Positions 7,743 to 17,876 of a DNA stretch of 56,351 bases are shown in pieces. Both the position numbers and the translations under genes were made by a program. A model generated the notes under the pieces. It was not told the DNA's origin. It worked only from the letters and a program-made list of their open reading frames with translations, and did no database searches. Every line of letters starts with the position of its first letter. The first letter of the stretch is position 1. The stretch comes from an uncultured Dehalococcoidia bacterium (GTDB lineage Bacteria; Chloroflexota; Dehalococcoidia; Lucifugimonadales; UBA3495): assembly GCA_950072105.1 (NCBI GenBank), contig CATMOE010000018.1, forward strand, positions 1 through 56,351, written 5' to 3'.

Positions 7743-10062
7743 TCAGGCCCTTGGGTAATTCCAGGGGCCTTGTTTTTGTCTGGTGCTTCTTTTCCGCTTC
7801 GCGCTGGATATTCTAGCCACGACATTTGTGGCGAACCAAGAACAAATAACCGTGCCTTGCCTCTCACCCACGGCGATCAACGGCAACGTTAGGAGTCCCA
7901 AAACTAACAGGATCACCCGCAGCCGCCGGGGCCGGTATTCTATCCGTACGCTGTGATTGCCGGGAGACAACTCGATCCCCACAAAGCTGGGCATCAGCAT
8001 AACCGTGTCCGTCTCTACCCCGTCCACTGTCGCCCGCCAATTTGGATGATAGGTGGCTTTCAGCAGCAACATGCTCTCTCGCTCCACGGCCACTTCGGCG
8101 GAGAAGTAATCATTGCCAATCTTCTCGGAGAGGACCGTGCCCCGGGACGGTCCGGTGGGAGGGTCCATGGTTGGGATGAGGTCCTTGGCCGAAGTAAGCG
8201 GAGTTGCGGGTTTACTCCCTTGGGAAGAGCCGCTCAGGTACACCACCGGATGCTTCTTTGCCGACGGCATTCGGCTGACCAGCCAGGTTGACGCCGCCAG
8301 ATAAAGGTCTGGAGCATCTCCGGCGAACGATAGGTCCGAACCTACCAGGTCGAAGTAGCCCGTTGTTTCCACCTGATACAATCGATGGCGGCCAAACTAC
8401 TGCAGCGGTTGTACAAAGTCCGGGAAATCTTGGCCTTCAGGGGCCACCACGTACCGCGCGTTGTAGAGGTTGTAATGATCCCGACGCTGCTCATCGAAAT
8501 TGATCGACACGTCACTATTCAATGAAAAGCCGTGGTAGACCATCCCCACCATATCCAGGCCCTCTAGATGGAGCAGGTCGTCGACCCCCAGGTTGCCGAC
8601 ATAATAATCGTCGCTCCAGTTTGGTAGTACCGAGCCGCGCTGCTGACCGGAATACACACGGCCGGGCGGGAGTTGTTCCAGCGTCCGGAATAGAGCGGTC
8701 AGATCGGCGTCTTCGGCGACGGTAGCCTGCCGGGTTAGATCTATCAAGGAGGCGTTCTCAACCAAGTAGGAACGCCTCTCGATATATACCGGCAGCAATA
8801 CCAATACGGTCAACACCAATGCGGCGGCGGGATACCAGACCTTCTTTCGGGAAAAGGCCCATGACCAGGGCGCGGCTAGGGCCACGGCCATGAGCAGTAT
8901 GCCGCCCAGATGAACCCCGGCGATGAACCGATGCATGTGGAGGAACCGGCTCATGGGCAGAACATCGATGAAGGGTCCCCAAGTCGCCCTGCCGAAATAG
9001 AGGATCAGCCAAAAGACAAATATCACTACGGGCATCAGGTACCGGGTCTCTCTCCATCGGTATAAACAGACCGCAAAGCTAAGAGCCAGCAAGATGGTCA
9101 GGGAAGGGAAGCGGTTGAAGTCGAAAAGATTTCCTTTGACCACACCCTGAAGCACCTCCGAATGCCCGTAAGAGTCGTATTGGACCGTATCGAGGAAAAC
9201 GCTGTTGTTCAGAAATGTCCGGTCGAGGAAAGTGGGGACCAGAAAATAGGAGATTACCAACAGGACCAACAGATCGAGGATAACCAGCCGACACCACCGG
9301 GGCCACATGGAGTCTACCAGAGACCTGAGGTTGGGTACCCGCGCGGGTTGGATAAGCGTCAGAACGCCGAGGGTAATGAACGCCATGTACCCGAACATCA
9401 GGTGGGACATCATCGTCGCCGCTAGAAGCAAGGTCGCCCAAGGTGTATCCACGTCCTTCCTGAATGACTCGGTAACCCAGGGCCAAGGCAGGGGGCAGGA
9501 GCACCATTGCCCAGAGTTGGGCGTGGACTCCCCATCCCTGGAAGACATAGCTGGCGAACCCGAACCCTAAGATGCCGGTAGTAGTGACCAGGGGAGCAAC
9601 CAGGCCGCCCATTGCAGCCGGCATGTGGTCAAAGCCGAGGCGCCGCATCGCCCAAAAGATGGATAACGGGAAGAAGCTAAGAAGCAAATATGTCGCCCAG
9701 TTCAACATATCGACTAAGGGAATCATCTCAAGAGTGAGAACGTGGATGAGTGCGATGGTGACGTGCGGCAAGTGGTGGTAGTAATGGAACAAGGGGTAAC
9801 CCATGCCCATGGAGGCCTGCCACGGATCAGTAAAGTCCCGTCCTTGGGTGATAGCCTCGGCCGCCATCTCCACCATCAGCAGGTGAAAAACACTATCGTT
9901 CCCGGAGACGATGCCGCTCGCCACTTCTGGATAGAGGTAATACAAGTTGAAGGCAACGTCAAACAGGACCATACCGAAGGAAATTAGAGCTTCCCTCCGA
10001 TGGAACCATCGAGAACGGGTAGCGGGTTCGCCTATGTTGCCACCCGCGTTGCGTGTGGTCAT
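7743..10062 (-). pseudogene. YfhO/PTPS-related (GT-C-like) polytopic membrane protein, split by a frameshift (~9445) and an in-frame TAG (8397-8399)
   Basis: N-terminal GND..FH...MGYPLFHYYHHLP, many TM helices, C-terminal LKATYHPNWRATVDG...GNHSVRIEY; three ORFs join into one reading (QPLQ*FGRHRLYQV is in frame). Confidence 0.7.
7745..7777 (+). terminator. Rho-independent terminator after the tRNA-Trp 3' end
   Basis: AGGCCCTTGG-GTAATT-CCAGGGGCCT followed by TGTTTTT. Confidence 0.7.
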
Positions 10063-10423
10063 AAGTGCTTATCAATCATGGACCGTCAATCCCAAGACGT
10101 GCAACAAAGTTTGATTAGATGGAGCCAGAATGCCCACATTGTACGCAGACGATAGGAACGTAGTATCCAGGCCGCTTGGATCAAGATAGGAGTTTTGTTA
10201 ACAGGGCCAGGGAGTGCCAGGTGGTTCCCATGACTATGCTGATTAAGACATTCGTCACGCCGCCCAGTAATCTCCAGATGCCAGGCCTATTGGTGGAAAA
10301 ACTATCCGCAGGGTCACATCCCTATATCCTTATAACCAAAAGGTCACTCATAAGGCGTCGCCATTCGGGGGAAAGGCATTATAATCTCATGGGTTTATCA
10401 TCCTATCCGATTCGGGAGGCGCC

Positions 10424-10744
10424 ATGTACATAATAGTTGCCCCTATCCAGATCAAGGAAGGTTTCAAAGAGCAATACATCAAGGGGATGCTTGAGAATGC
10501 CCGAGGAGCAGTTCGCGACGAGCCGGGCTGCCTGAGGTTCGACGTGGTTCAGGACGCCAACGACGACCACAGGATATGGCTCTACGAAGTTTACAAGGAC
10601 GAAGACGCGTTTCAGGCCCACACCCAAACTCCCCATTTCCTCAAGTTCCGTGACCTAAGCGCTGACTGGCGAGGGGAGGGAGGACTGCAGGGCGCCGGAA
10701 GAGGGGCCACAAATATCTGGCCTCCGGACGATGAGTGGGTGTAG
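10424..10744 (+). CDS. ABM/putative quinol monooxygenase (LsrG/YgiN-like)
   Basis: EPGCLRFDV, IWLYEVYKDEDAFQAHTQTPHF. Confidence 0.85.
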   Translation: MYIIVAPIQIKEGFKEQYIKGMLENARGAVRDEPGCLRFDVVQDANDDHRIWLYEVYKDEDAFQAHTQTPHFLKFRDLSADWRGEGGLQGAGRGATNIWPPDDEWV

Positions 10745-10824
10745 CCGGACGGGTGGTTCGGCGGTTGAGATGATTTTTGCGAATTAGCCACAGGGAAGGG
10801 CGAAACCGGTGGGAGAGATACTGA

Positions 10825-11340
10825 ATGACGGACAATGAGCCTAATCTGTTGATAATCTACACGTCCAAGAACGGACGCACCGGCTCGATGGTCGAACCCA
10901 TCCGGCAGGGGATACTGGAGGGTGGGGCCGGCGTCGCGGTCCGTACGGTGGAAGAAGTGCTATGGGATGAGATGCTGGCCGCCCAGGGAATCATTGTGGG
11001 GACGCCAGTGCGGTTCGGTGGCGTTGATTGGCAGATCAAGCGGTTGTTCGATGTCACCGCCTTTCAAGACTATCCGGGCCCCCTGTCCGGCAAGGTGGGC
11101 GGGGTCTTCACCGGCGGCGGCAGGCCGGGCAGCGGGGCTGAACTGGCCCTGCTCAGCATGATCCACGTACTCCTCAACCACGGCATGGTCATCCAAGGAA
11201 ACGCCTATTCGTCCCACTACGGCCCAGTTGCGTTGCGAGAGTCGTCTCCGGAAGAGGTTCAGGCAACCTGCGTCGCCTGGGGTAAGCACTGGGCATATCT
11301 GGCGCGGCGGCTGGGAGGAGACGTAGAGGGACCACCTTAG
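10825..11340 (+). CDS. Flavodoxin-fold NAD(P)H-dependent oxidoreductase (WrbA-like)
   Basis: YTSKNGRT FMN loop, GIIVGTPVRFG, GKVGGVF, HYGPV. Confidence 0.8.
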   Translation: MTDNEPNLLIIYTSKNGRTGSMVEPIRQGILEGGAGVAVRTVEEVLWDEMLAAQGIIVGTPVRFGGVDWQIKRLFDVTAFQDYPGPLSGKVGGVFTGGGRPGSGAELALLSMIHVLLNHGMVIQGNAYSSHYGPVALRESSPEEVQATCVAWGKHWAYLARRLGGDVEGPP

Positions 11341-11437
11341 CGGCGCCATCTGTCGCGAAACCGGCCCCTACTCTGTCACTGACGCCCGGTGCCCGGGGCA
11401 TACTATACTTCCCCTGAGCCAACGGAGGTAGAAAAGA

Positions 11438-12268
11438 ATGATGCTGGATCAACGGACCAGACTGTCAGACAAGGTTGCTATCGTCACCGGGGCGGGGGCA
11501 ACCGGCAGCGGAGACTTTGTGGGGATTGGGCAGGCTATTTCCATTTTGTTCGCCCGGGCGGGGGCCAAGGTGTTGTTGGCCGACCGGGACCAAGCCAACG
11601 CCGAGACGACCCTGGCAACGATTAAAGAAGAAGGGGGCGAAGCCTCGGTGTTCGTCGGCGACGTGACCATTAATGCCGACTGCCGGGGCATGGCCGATGC
11701 CGCGGTGGCGCGTTACGGGCGCCTCAACGTCCTGGTGAACAACGTGGGCATCAGCGGCCCGGGTTCGGTCACCGATGTGGATGAGGAGTTTTGGGACACC
11801 GTGATCGACGTGAACCTGAAAAGCGTCATGCTCACCAGCAAGCACGCCATTCCCCAGATGATAGAGGCCGGAGGCGGCTCCATCATAAACCTGTCTTCCA
11901 TCGTGGGCCTGCGCGCCGGTAGTGGAAGGCCCAGCCACCCCTACGCTGCCTCCAAAGCCGGCATCATCGGACTGAGCAACTCTATGGCGGTTCACTACGG
12001 CCGGGACAACGTTCGGGTCAACTGCATAGCGCCGGGCCACATTCGCAGCCCGATGGTGGTCCGCCATTCCACCGAGGAAATGCTTGATCTCCGACGCCGG
12101 GCCGGACCGTTGGGGACCGACGGCACGCCTTGGGACGTGGCATGGGCGGCTTTGTTCTTGGCGTCCGACGAGGCCCGCTGGATCTCCGGCGCGACCCTGC
12201 CGGTGGACGCCGGTCTGCTGGCCGCCACGCCTCTGGCCATGTTTCCCTACCTCCGGGACCCGGAGTAA
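11438..12268 (+). CDS. Short-chain dehydrogenase/reductase
   Basis: VTGAG...GIG, LVNNVG, YAASK and NCIAPG motifs. Confidence 0.92.
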   Translation: MMLDQRTRLSDKVAIVTGAGATGSGDFVGIGQAISILFARAGAKVLLADRDQANAETTLATIKEEGGEASVFVGDVTINADCRGMADAAVARYGRLNVLVNNVGISGPGSVTDVDEEFWDTVIDVNLKSVMLTSKHAIPQMIEAGGGSIINLSSIVGLRAGSGRPSHPYAASKAGIIGLSNSMAVHYGRDNVRVNCIAPGHIRSPMVVRHSTEEMLDLRRRAGPLGTDGTPWDVAWAALFLASDEARWISGATLPVDAGLLAATPLAMFPYLRDPE

Positions 12269-12443
12269 AGAGACCGGGAATGCCCGTGGCGCAGTCCAGG
12301 CAAAGGACGCTGGCCGAAACTAACCCCGGAGACTGGACCATGTGGGATACACATCGACACAGCTAGGCGAGAGTCGAGGTGGCTCGAGAGATATCTAGAT
12401 TAAAAATCACCGGGTGATGGTGGCTGGAGACCGAGGCACACTC

Positions 12444-12734
12444 CTAAATCGTCGTTGAAAATACGTTTACATTGTAGGCAGGATAAACCTCAGCTAGCGG
12501 TGGTGGGATGCCAATCTTTTGCATTACAGGCATAAGACGGCTGACAAAGCCCTCGCTCATCTTTTCCGATGATTCCCATATGTTTGTCATGCGGATGTCA
12601 CCGGATTTGTCAAAGCAGACAGCGTGCATCAGCCAACCATCGATCGGGTCAGTCTCCCAACCCACTTCTTGCCGCAGCCTATCATACATGTCCTTGGTAA
12701 ACCCCTTGCCTGTAAAGATCGCTATTATCGCCAT
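12444..12734 (-). CDS. Hypothetical protein (ABM-like alpha/beta barrel)
   Basis: MAIIAIFTGKGFTKDMYDRLRQEVGWE...NIWES; probable start ATG 12734 after GGGGG. Confidence 0.55.
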   Translation of the reverse strand: MAIIAIFTGKGFTKDMYDRLRQEVGWETDPIDGWLMHAVCFDKSGDIRMTNIWESSEKMSEGFVSRLMPVMQKIGIPPPLAEVYPAYNVNVFSTTI

Positions 12735-12790
12735 AAAATTACCCCCTATGTTATTCCGGAAATCGATTCCTTCTCCGGTTGCGCATTCTG

Positions 12791-13141
12791 TTAAGTTGAC
12801 TCGAAGAGAAACAACAGCGTCTTCAGCAGACCGGCAAGGCAATCCCGTTCCTCCGATTTAAGCCCCTCTGTTAGATGTTCCATGATGCGAAAGTGAGTGC
12901 GTGCGACTGCCTCTATATGCTCGAAACCGCGCTCAGTAAGCTCCACCAGAATCGAGCGCCGATCATTAGGGTCGGGCAAACGGCACACAAGTCCACGCTT
13001 CTGCAACCTGTCAATTCGACCGGTCATACCGCCTGACGTTATGAGCAAACGGTTATGTAGCTCCGTAGGTGTCATCTTGTAAGGAGGCCCGGCAAGCCGT
13101 AGATACATGATTTTCGCTCGGGCCAACACCGAGCCCTTCAC
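12791..13141 (-). pseudogene. MarR-family transcriptional regulator, N-terminally truncated
   Basis: GPPYKMTPTELH..LLITSGGMTGRIDRLQKRGLVCR..DPNDRRSILVELTERG winged helix; the usual N-terminal helices are not recognisable. Confidence 0.65.
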
Positions 13142-13623
13142 GCCGAGCTAACGTCCACCGAGCCAGGGATATCCGATAGCACCAAGCTAACTAGAACGAT
13201 TGACACTAGGACAAGAGCACCGCTAGATTTTGGCGTCCTTGGTTGGCTGTGATATTGCCGAATACCCCCGCTAGGAATACACGGTCTTAAAAGCCGTAAG
13301 CCAGCGCCGCGGGAACATATTCCGGAGACTCAATGAACGGCACAGTCCTTCCAGACTTGAAGGTCATTGAAATACGGTACCGATGTGATCAAGGTCGACG
13401 CCATCGGCTTTCATCCTCCGGTCCGCGAGTTATACCAGACCTAATGGAAAGGCACTGAATACCCGTCTCGACAACGATAAGACCGGTTTTGTGTATACTG
13501 GGCACAACATCCATAACACCTGACACGAAGATCGATGCCAGGGACCGTGAGACCGCACTTCCGGGGCGCCGAATCCATTTCCAGCGGCAGAGCCGCAGTA
13601 TTTTGCCGTAACCGGACGAGGCT

Positions 13624-14562
13624 ATGAGTAACAACCAGCCAATCATCAGCCATATTTACGCCGGCAATCCACTGGACCGGGGCGATGTCGAGCGCCGCGA
13701 CGAAGAGTGGCTGGCCGCTAAAGCCAAAGACCCTAAGAGCAGATTCCTTCCCATGTGGGACCTGAATGTTCTGATAGCGGGCGGGGCTCAAGAGGAGCTT
13801 GGCTGGCTTGGCATCGACGACTTGACCCGCCTGGGAGTGGATTCAACCGCGATCTTTTTGGGCATCGAAGGTGAATCAGCCCATTTCGTAGTCGATATTT
13901 CGAAGAATGAACAGGCCGTTCGCGAACTGCGTGAGAGCACGGAGCGGAGATTCGAAGACGCCCGGACCGCCACTGAAGTACTGAGCGGCCCGGATTCCGG
14001 GATCGTAGCCCAGGCCCGAGCGCAGGTAAGCTGGCACAGCCGCAATGGATTCTGCGCGATCTGCGGTCACGAGACCCATATGAAACGGGGCGGTCAGGTG
14101 CGGCAATGCTCCGGTTGCGAGGCCCAGAACTATCCCCGTACCGACCCAGTGGTTATCACCGTTGTATCCCATGGCGATCAGTGTCTGCTGGGGCGCTCCC
14201 GGGGGCGCGGCTCGCCCTCTAATAGGTATTCTGCCCTGGCCGGATTCGTGGACCAAGGTGAATCTATAGAAGAGGCAGTGGCTAGAGAAGTCATGGAAGA
14301 GGCCGGCATCAGAGTGCGGAATGTTCGCTACCATTCTTCCCAGCCTTGGCCTTTCCCCTCATCGTTGATGATTGGCTGCCACGCCGACGCGGCGACCACC
14401 GATATCTCGATGGATGAAGAGGAAATGGCTGATGTCCGTTGGTTCCACCGGGAAGAGGTTCTGCTGGCGCTAACGGGCGAGAACGAAAGTCTTGCCATCC
14501 CCGCTCCCATCGCCATCGCCCACCACTTGATCAAGGCTTGGGCATCCAATTTCGTTACTTAA
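13624..14562 (+). CDS. nudC: NAD(+) diphosphatase NudC
   Basis: Zn ribbon CAICG...CSGC, YPRTDP, Nudix box GFVDQGESIEEAVAREVMEEAG, SQPWPFPSS signature. Confidence 0.93.
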   Translation: MSNNQPIISHIYAGNPLDRGDVERRDEEWLAAKAKDPKSRFLPMWDLNVLIAGGAQEELGWLGIDDLTRLGVDSTAIFLGIEGESAHFVVDISKNEQAVRELRESTERRFEDARTATEVLSGPDSGIVAQARAQVSWHSRNGFCAICGHETHMKRGGQVRQCSGCEAQNYPRTDPVVITVVSHGDQCLLGRSRGRGSPSNRYSALAGFVDQGESIEEAVAREVMEEAGIRVRNVRYHSSQPWPFPSSLMIGCHADAATTDISMDEEEMADVRWFHREEVLLALTGENESLAIPAPIAIAHHLIKAWASNFVT

Positions 14563-14571
14563 TACAATCTC

Positions 14572-14949
14572 TTAACCGTTCGTGAGCCTGCAAGTATCCA
14601 GCAGCAATTCATCGATCTCAGCCCACAAGGCTTCCATGTCGAAGGGTTTGGACACAAAGGCATCGGCCCCCATCTCATAAGCCTTTTCTTCCACGCCCTT
14701 TTGGGCGCTCATTATCAGCACCGGAACCGAGGAGATTCCTCGTATGAGCCGGCACAACTGGTAGCCGTTCAATCCAGGCATCGACAGATCGGTGATCACC
14801 AGATCGGGCCTAGCCAAAGCGAATTGCGTTAAGGCGTCATGGCCGTCGGATGCGGTCGAGACTCGATAACCTCTTCTCTCGAGGATCTTTACCATAAGGT
14901 CCCGGATCTCCGGGTGATCGTCAACTACGAGTACGTTCTCTTGCATCAT
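14572..14949 (-). CDS. Single-domain response regulator (CheY-like)
   Basis: VLVVDD, VITDLSMPG, IMSA, SKPF. Confidence 0.9.
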   Translation of the reverse strand: MMQENVLVVDDHPEIRDLMVKILERRGYRVSTASDGHDALTQFALARPDLVITDLSMPGLNGYQLCRLIRGISSVPVLIMSAQKGVEEKAYEMGADAFVSKPFDMEALWAEIDELLLDTCRLTNG

Positions 14950-15303
14950 CTTCGGCTCCTGTCGTCGCCTGTACCGGAACCAATCCGGTTAACAACAGAC
15001 TAACTAGATGGATCCGCCGAATCTGTGACCTTCATCACGGCCATGATCTTTGGTCCGCGACGTTCTAGTCCGTGCCCGGCACTCCCCAGACCCGCCATGG
15101 GGCGGCCGCTGTTCATATCGGACCAGGAACAGGACTGGACAAGGCAGGACTAGGGCTATAAAGTGACCTCGGCGGCTCCAAATCCGTTGGAAGAGAGGGA
15201 TAACCAACCGGCGATAATCTTCAACGAGCGGGCCGAAATAAGCGCCGAAGCCGTCCAACACAGCTGACCTGGGGTAGAAGACGCTTCTCCCAAGAGAGCA
15301 AAC

Positions 15304-15936
15304 ATGGCAAATCTACGCGTTTATCTCGTGGACGATCACCCGTTGATGCGGATGGCATTGCGCCGGATCCTGGAGTCCGACGAGCGGTTCGTCGTCGTCG
15401 GCGAGGCCGATACCGCCGAAGAATGTCTTACCGCCGTGGCCGCCTTAACCACGGACTTGGTCGTCATGGACATCCAATTGCCGGGTATCGACGGAGTGGA
15501 AGCCACCCGCCGGTTGAAGTCCCAGGATGCCGATTTGAAAGTGGTCATCCTCAGCGCCTACGGTGAGGAATATCTGATCCCCAGCATCGACACCGGCGCC
15601 GACGGATACATGATGAAAGGCCTGGAGCCGAAAGCGATGATTGAGGAACTCCTGCAAGCCGCCGAAGGTACCCCGCCCATCGACTCCAACCTGACCCGCC
15701 TTCTTATGGACCGGGCCGCCGCCGGGCCCAGGGAGAATTCCGGCCCAACACTGTCCGATCGTCAACACCAAGTGTTGCGCCATGTTTCAGATGGGTTGTC
15801 GTCAAAAGAGATCGCCTCCGTCCTCTCCATCAGCAATACAACCCTCAAGCGGGATTTTAGACACATATTCGAGGTGCTGGGGGTCAACGACCGGGCCCAC
15901 GCCATCGCCGAGGCCTATCGCCGGGAATTGATCTAG
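15304..15936 (+). CDS. NarL/LuxR-family response regulator
   Basis: REC (LVDDHP, VMDIQLPG) plus C-terminal LSDRQ..GLSSKEIA HTH. Confidence 0.92.
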   Translation: MANLRVYLVDDHPLMRMALRRILESDERFVVVGEADTAEECLTAVAALTTDLVVMDIQLPGIDGVEATRRLKSQDADLKVVILSAYGEEYLIPSIDTGADGYMMKGLEPKAMIEELLQAAEGTPPIDSNLTRLLMDRAAAGPRENSGPTLSDRQHQVLRHVSDGLSSKEIASVLSISNTTLKRDFRHIFEVLGVNDRAHAIAEAYRRELI

Positions 15937-15979
15937 TAAATTGAACTAGGCCCATCTTCCGGTTAGATGCCGGGCTCCG

Positions 15980-16013
15980 GAGGAGACCCACTTTGGGGGC
16001 TCCTCTTTATTTT
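15980..16013 (+). terminator. Probable intrinsic terminator
   Basis: GAGGAG...CTCCTC hairpin followed by TTTATTTT. Confidence 0.55.
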
Positions 16014-16045
16014 ATCTTTCCCAGGATCAACTATTACTCTCTATT

Positions 16046-16082
16046 CCATGGCCCTTCCGGGCCATGCCCATGGCCTTTCCGG
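16046..16082. promoter_or_regulatory. 15-bp direct repeat CCATGGCC(C/T)TTCCGG x2, 22-bp period, upstream of the pilin
   Basis: 16046-16060 and 16068-16082 match at 14/15 positions. Confidence 0.4.
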
Positions 16083-16213
16083 CGTCAGATATCTGGGCTT
16101 GCTGGCTACTAAAACTCGACCTCTGAGTTACTTACCTATTACCCCTCGTCCTGGGAATATGTCGATGTGGGGTGGTGCAGTGAGTGACATTTCAAACAGA
16201 GGAGGAAACTAAC

Positions 16214-16666
16214 ATGCGAGGATTCATCAACGCCATCCTAGGGAAGACGAATAAAAATTAGGGATTCACTCTTATAGAACTGCTGGTGGTGATCGGCATC
16301 ATCGTGGCACTGGCCGCCATTACCGTACCGCTGGTAACCAAGTTCGCCGGAAAGGGAGACGAAGGCGCCCTTGAAGCCGAGACCCAGACAGTGCAGACCG
16401 CTATGGACACGATGATGGCGGACAAGGGAATCACGACGGTGACCGCCAACGACAAGGGAACTACCAGCAACGGACAGAACACCTGGACCGCTCTGCCCGC
16501 CGGCACGGGAGCCTCCACTTTGGATGCTTATCTGAAAAAGAACGCTACCAAGTTCTTCTACTGCTGGGACACGTCTGGCAACGTGTACGCCCAAAACTCA
16601 ACCGACGGAGTCAAAGCGGTCCCCGCGGACGCCAAAGCCGCGGCGGCCTGCGCCACCCCGGCCTAG
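16214..16666 (+). pseudogene. Major type IV pilin with an in-frame TAG in the leader peptide
   Basis: GGAGG RBS, ATG 16214, MRGFINAILGKTNKN*G|FTLIELLVVIGIIVALAAI; TAG at 16259-16261 sits just before the prepilin cleavage Gly. Confidence 0.85.
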
Positions 16667-16714
16667 GGTTGACGCTTCCGGGACCCTCCGTCCGGAAGCC
16701 ATTTCCCGACGCCA

Positions 16715-16751
16715 CTATGGCCCGCCCCGATCGTGCCAGGGCGGGCCATAG
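16715..16751 (+). terminator. Strong hairpin between the major pilin and minor pilin genes
   Basis: CTATGGCCCGCCC...GGGCGGGCCATAG 13-bp stem; a second hairpin lies at 16674-16699. Confidence 0.55.
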
Positions 16752-16983
16752 ACCTTACCGGATACCGGACCCGGCCTATCACACCATGATTCTTTGGTAC
16801 TGATTACGAGTTATGACAAACACGATGTACACCTCCGGCAATTCTGCCGATCCACATGCGCCAATGCCCGCCCGGCTTCTGCCTGCGAGGCGCAAAGCCA
16901 GGGAGATCCAGGTTTGGGCTCGCTTCAGGGTGTTGAAACAAGCAGTACTTACCTTCTTCCAACGGACGACCCGGAGAATCGCC

Positions 16984-17343
16984 ATGGATTCCAGGGGCAA
17001 TCTGCTTTTGGAAACAGTGGTTGCGATCACCATATTCGCCCTGGTCGGAGGCGCGGTTTTGTCCGGCATGTCCACCGCTCTTGACACCGGATCCATGGTA
17101 GAAGGCCAGTCCGTCGCTGAGGAGATCGCCCGCAATCAGATGGAAAGCGTATTCAATGTGTCCTACCAGGAACCCCTGAGCACGCCTTACCCCACCATAG
17201 TGCCTCCAGCGGGATACGCCATCAACCTAACGGCCGATGAGTATCTTACGGGGGACGTGGACATTGAAATGGTGGTGGTGACGGTTAGCCGCGACAGCGA
17301 AAATATTCTGGTTCTAGAGACGTTGAGGACCCGTTGGGATTAA
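16984..17343 (+). CDS. Minor pilin / pseudopilin-like protein
   Basis: DSRG|NLLLETVVAITIFALVGGAVL prepilin-like helix with E+5; the start may lie further upstream (ORF open from 16813). Confidence 0.7.
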   Translation: MDSRGNLLLETVVAITIFALVGGAVLSGMSTALDTGSMVEGQSVAEEIARNQMESVFNVSYQEPLSTPYPTIVPPAGYAINLTADEYLTGDVDIEMVVVTVSRDSENILVLETLRTRWD

Positions 17344-17354
17344 GAGAAGGAGAC

Positions 17355-17873
17355 ATGGACGCCATCCCGGCTTGTCAAACTGCTGATCACGGGACACAGG
17401 GGTTCACTCTTGTGGAGGTTTTGGTGGCCATGGGAATAATGTCCCTAGCTATTGGGTTGGCCGGCAGCGGGCTATTCCAGGTATTTTCCTTCCAAACTTC
17501 ATACCAGGATAAAGTAGTTGCCACCAAAGACCTGCGGCACGCCGGCAGTTGGTTCTCCGGAGACGCTCTAAACGCCCAAGCGGCCGTGGATGGGAACGGA
17601 GAACCTTTGGACTGCCTTTCAGCGTCCGACAGCATAACTCTCAGCTGGACGGACAACGACGGCGCCTATCATTCATCCACCTACCAAGTCTCCGGGGATT
17701 CCTTCGAAAGAGAATACGACGGACTGGTCAACACCCTGGCCGAACACGTAGTGACCGATTCGGTAGGATTTCTCCACTGCGGCAATCTATTGACACTGGA
17801 ACTTGAGGTGGAAGCCGATTCCGGGGAGGCTAAGAACACCGTCCTCCGGACTTACCTGCGGAGACAGGAGTAA
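17355..17873 (+). CDS. Minor type IV pilin
   Basis: AAGGAG RBS; QG|FTLVEVLVAMGIMSLAIG N-methylation motif. Confidence 0.85.
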   Translation: MDAIPACQTADHGTQGFTLVEVLVAMGIMSLAIGLAGSGLFQVFSFQTSYQDKVVATKDLRHAGSWFSGDALNAQAAVDGNGEPLDCLSASDSITLSWTDNDGAYHSSTYQVSGDSFEREYDGLVNTLAEHVVTDSVGFLHCGNLLTLELEVEADSGEAKNTVLRTYLRRQE

Positions 17874-17876
17874 GGG

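Noticed and set aside
13360..13445. LKYGTDVIKVDAIG, reminiscent of an amidohydrolase fragment
   Set aside because: Too short and isolated to support.
8397..16261. Genome-wide amber (TAG) recoding or pyrrolysine, suggested by in-frame TAGs in the YfhO-like gene and the pilin
   Set aside because: TAG ends many clearly complete genes here (DUF1326, MoaD, tgt, purA), and the YfhO-like gene also has a frameshift.
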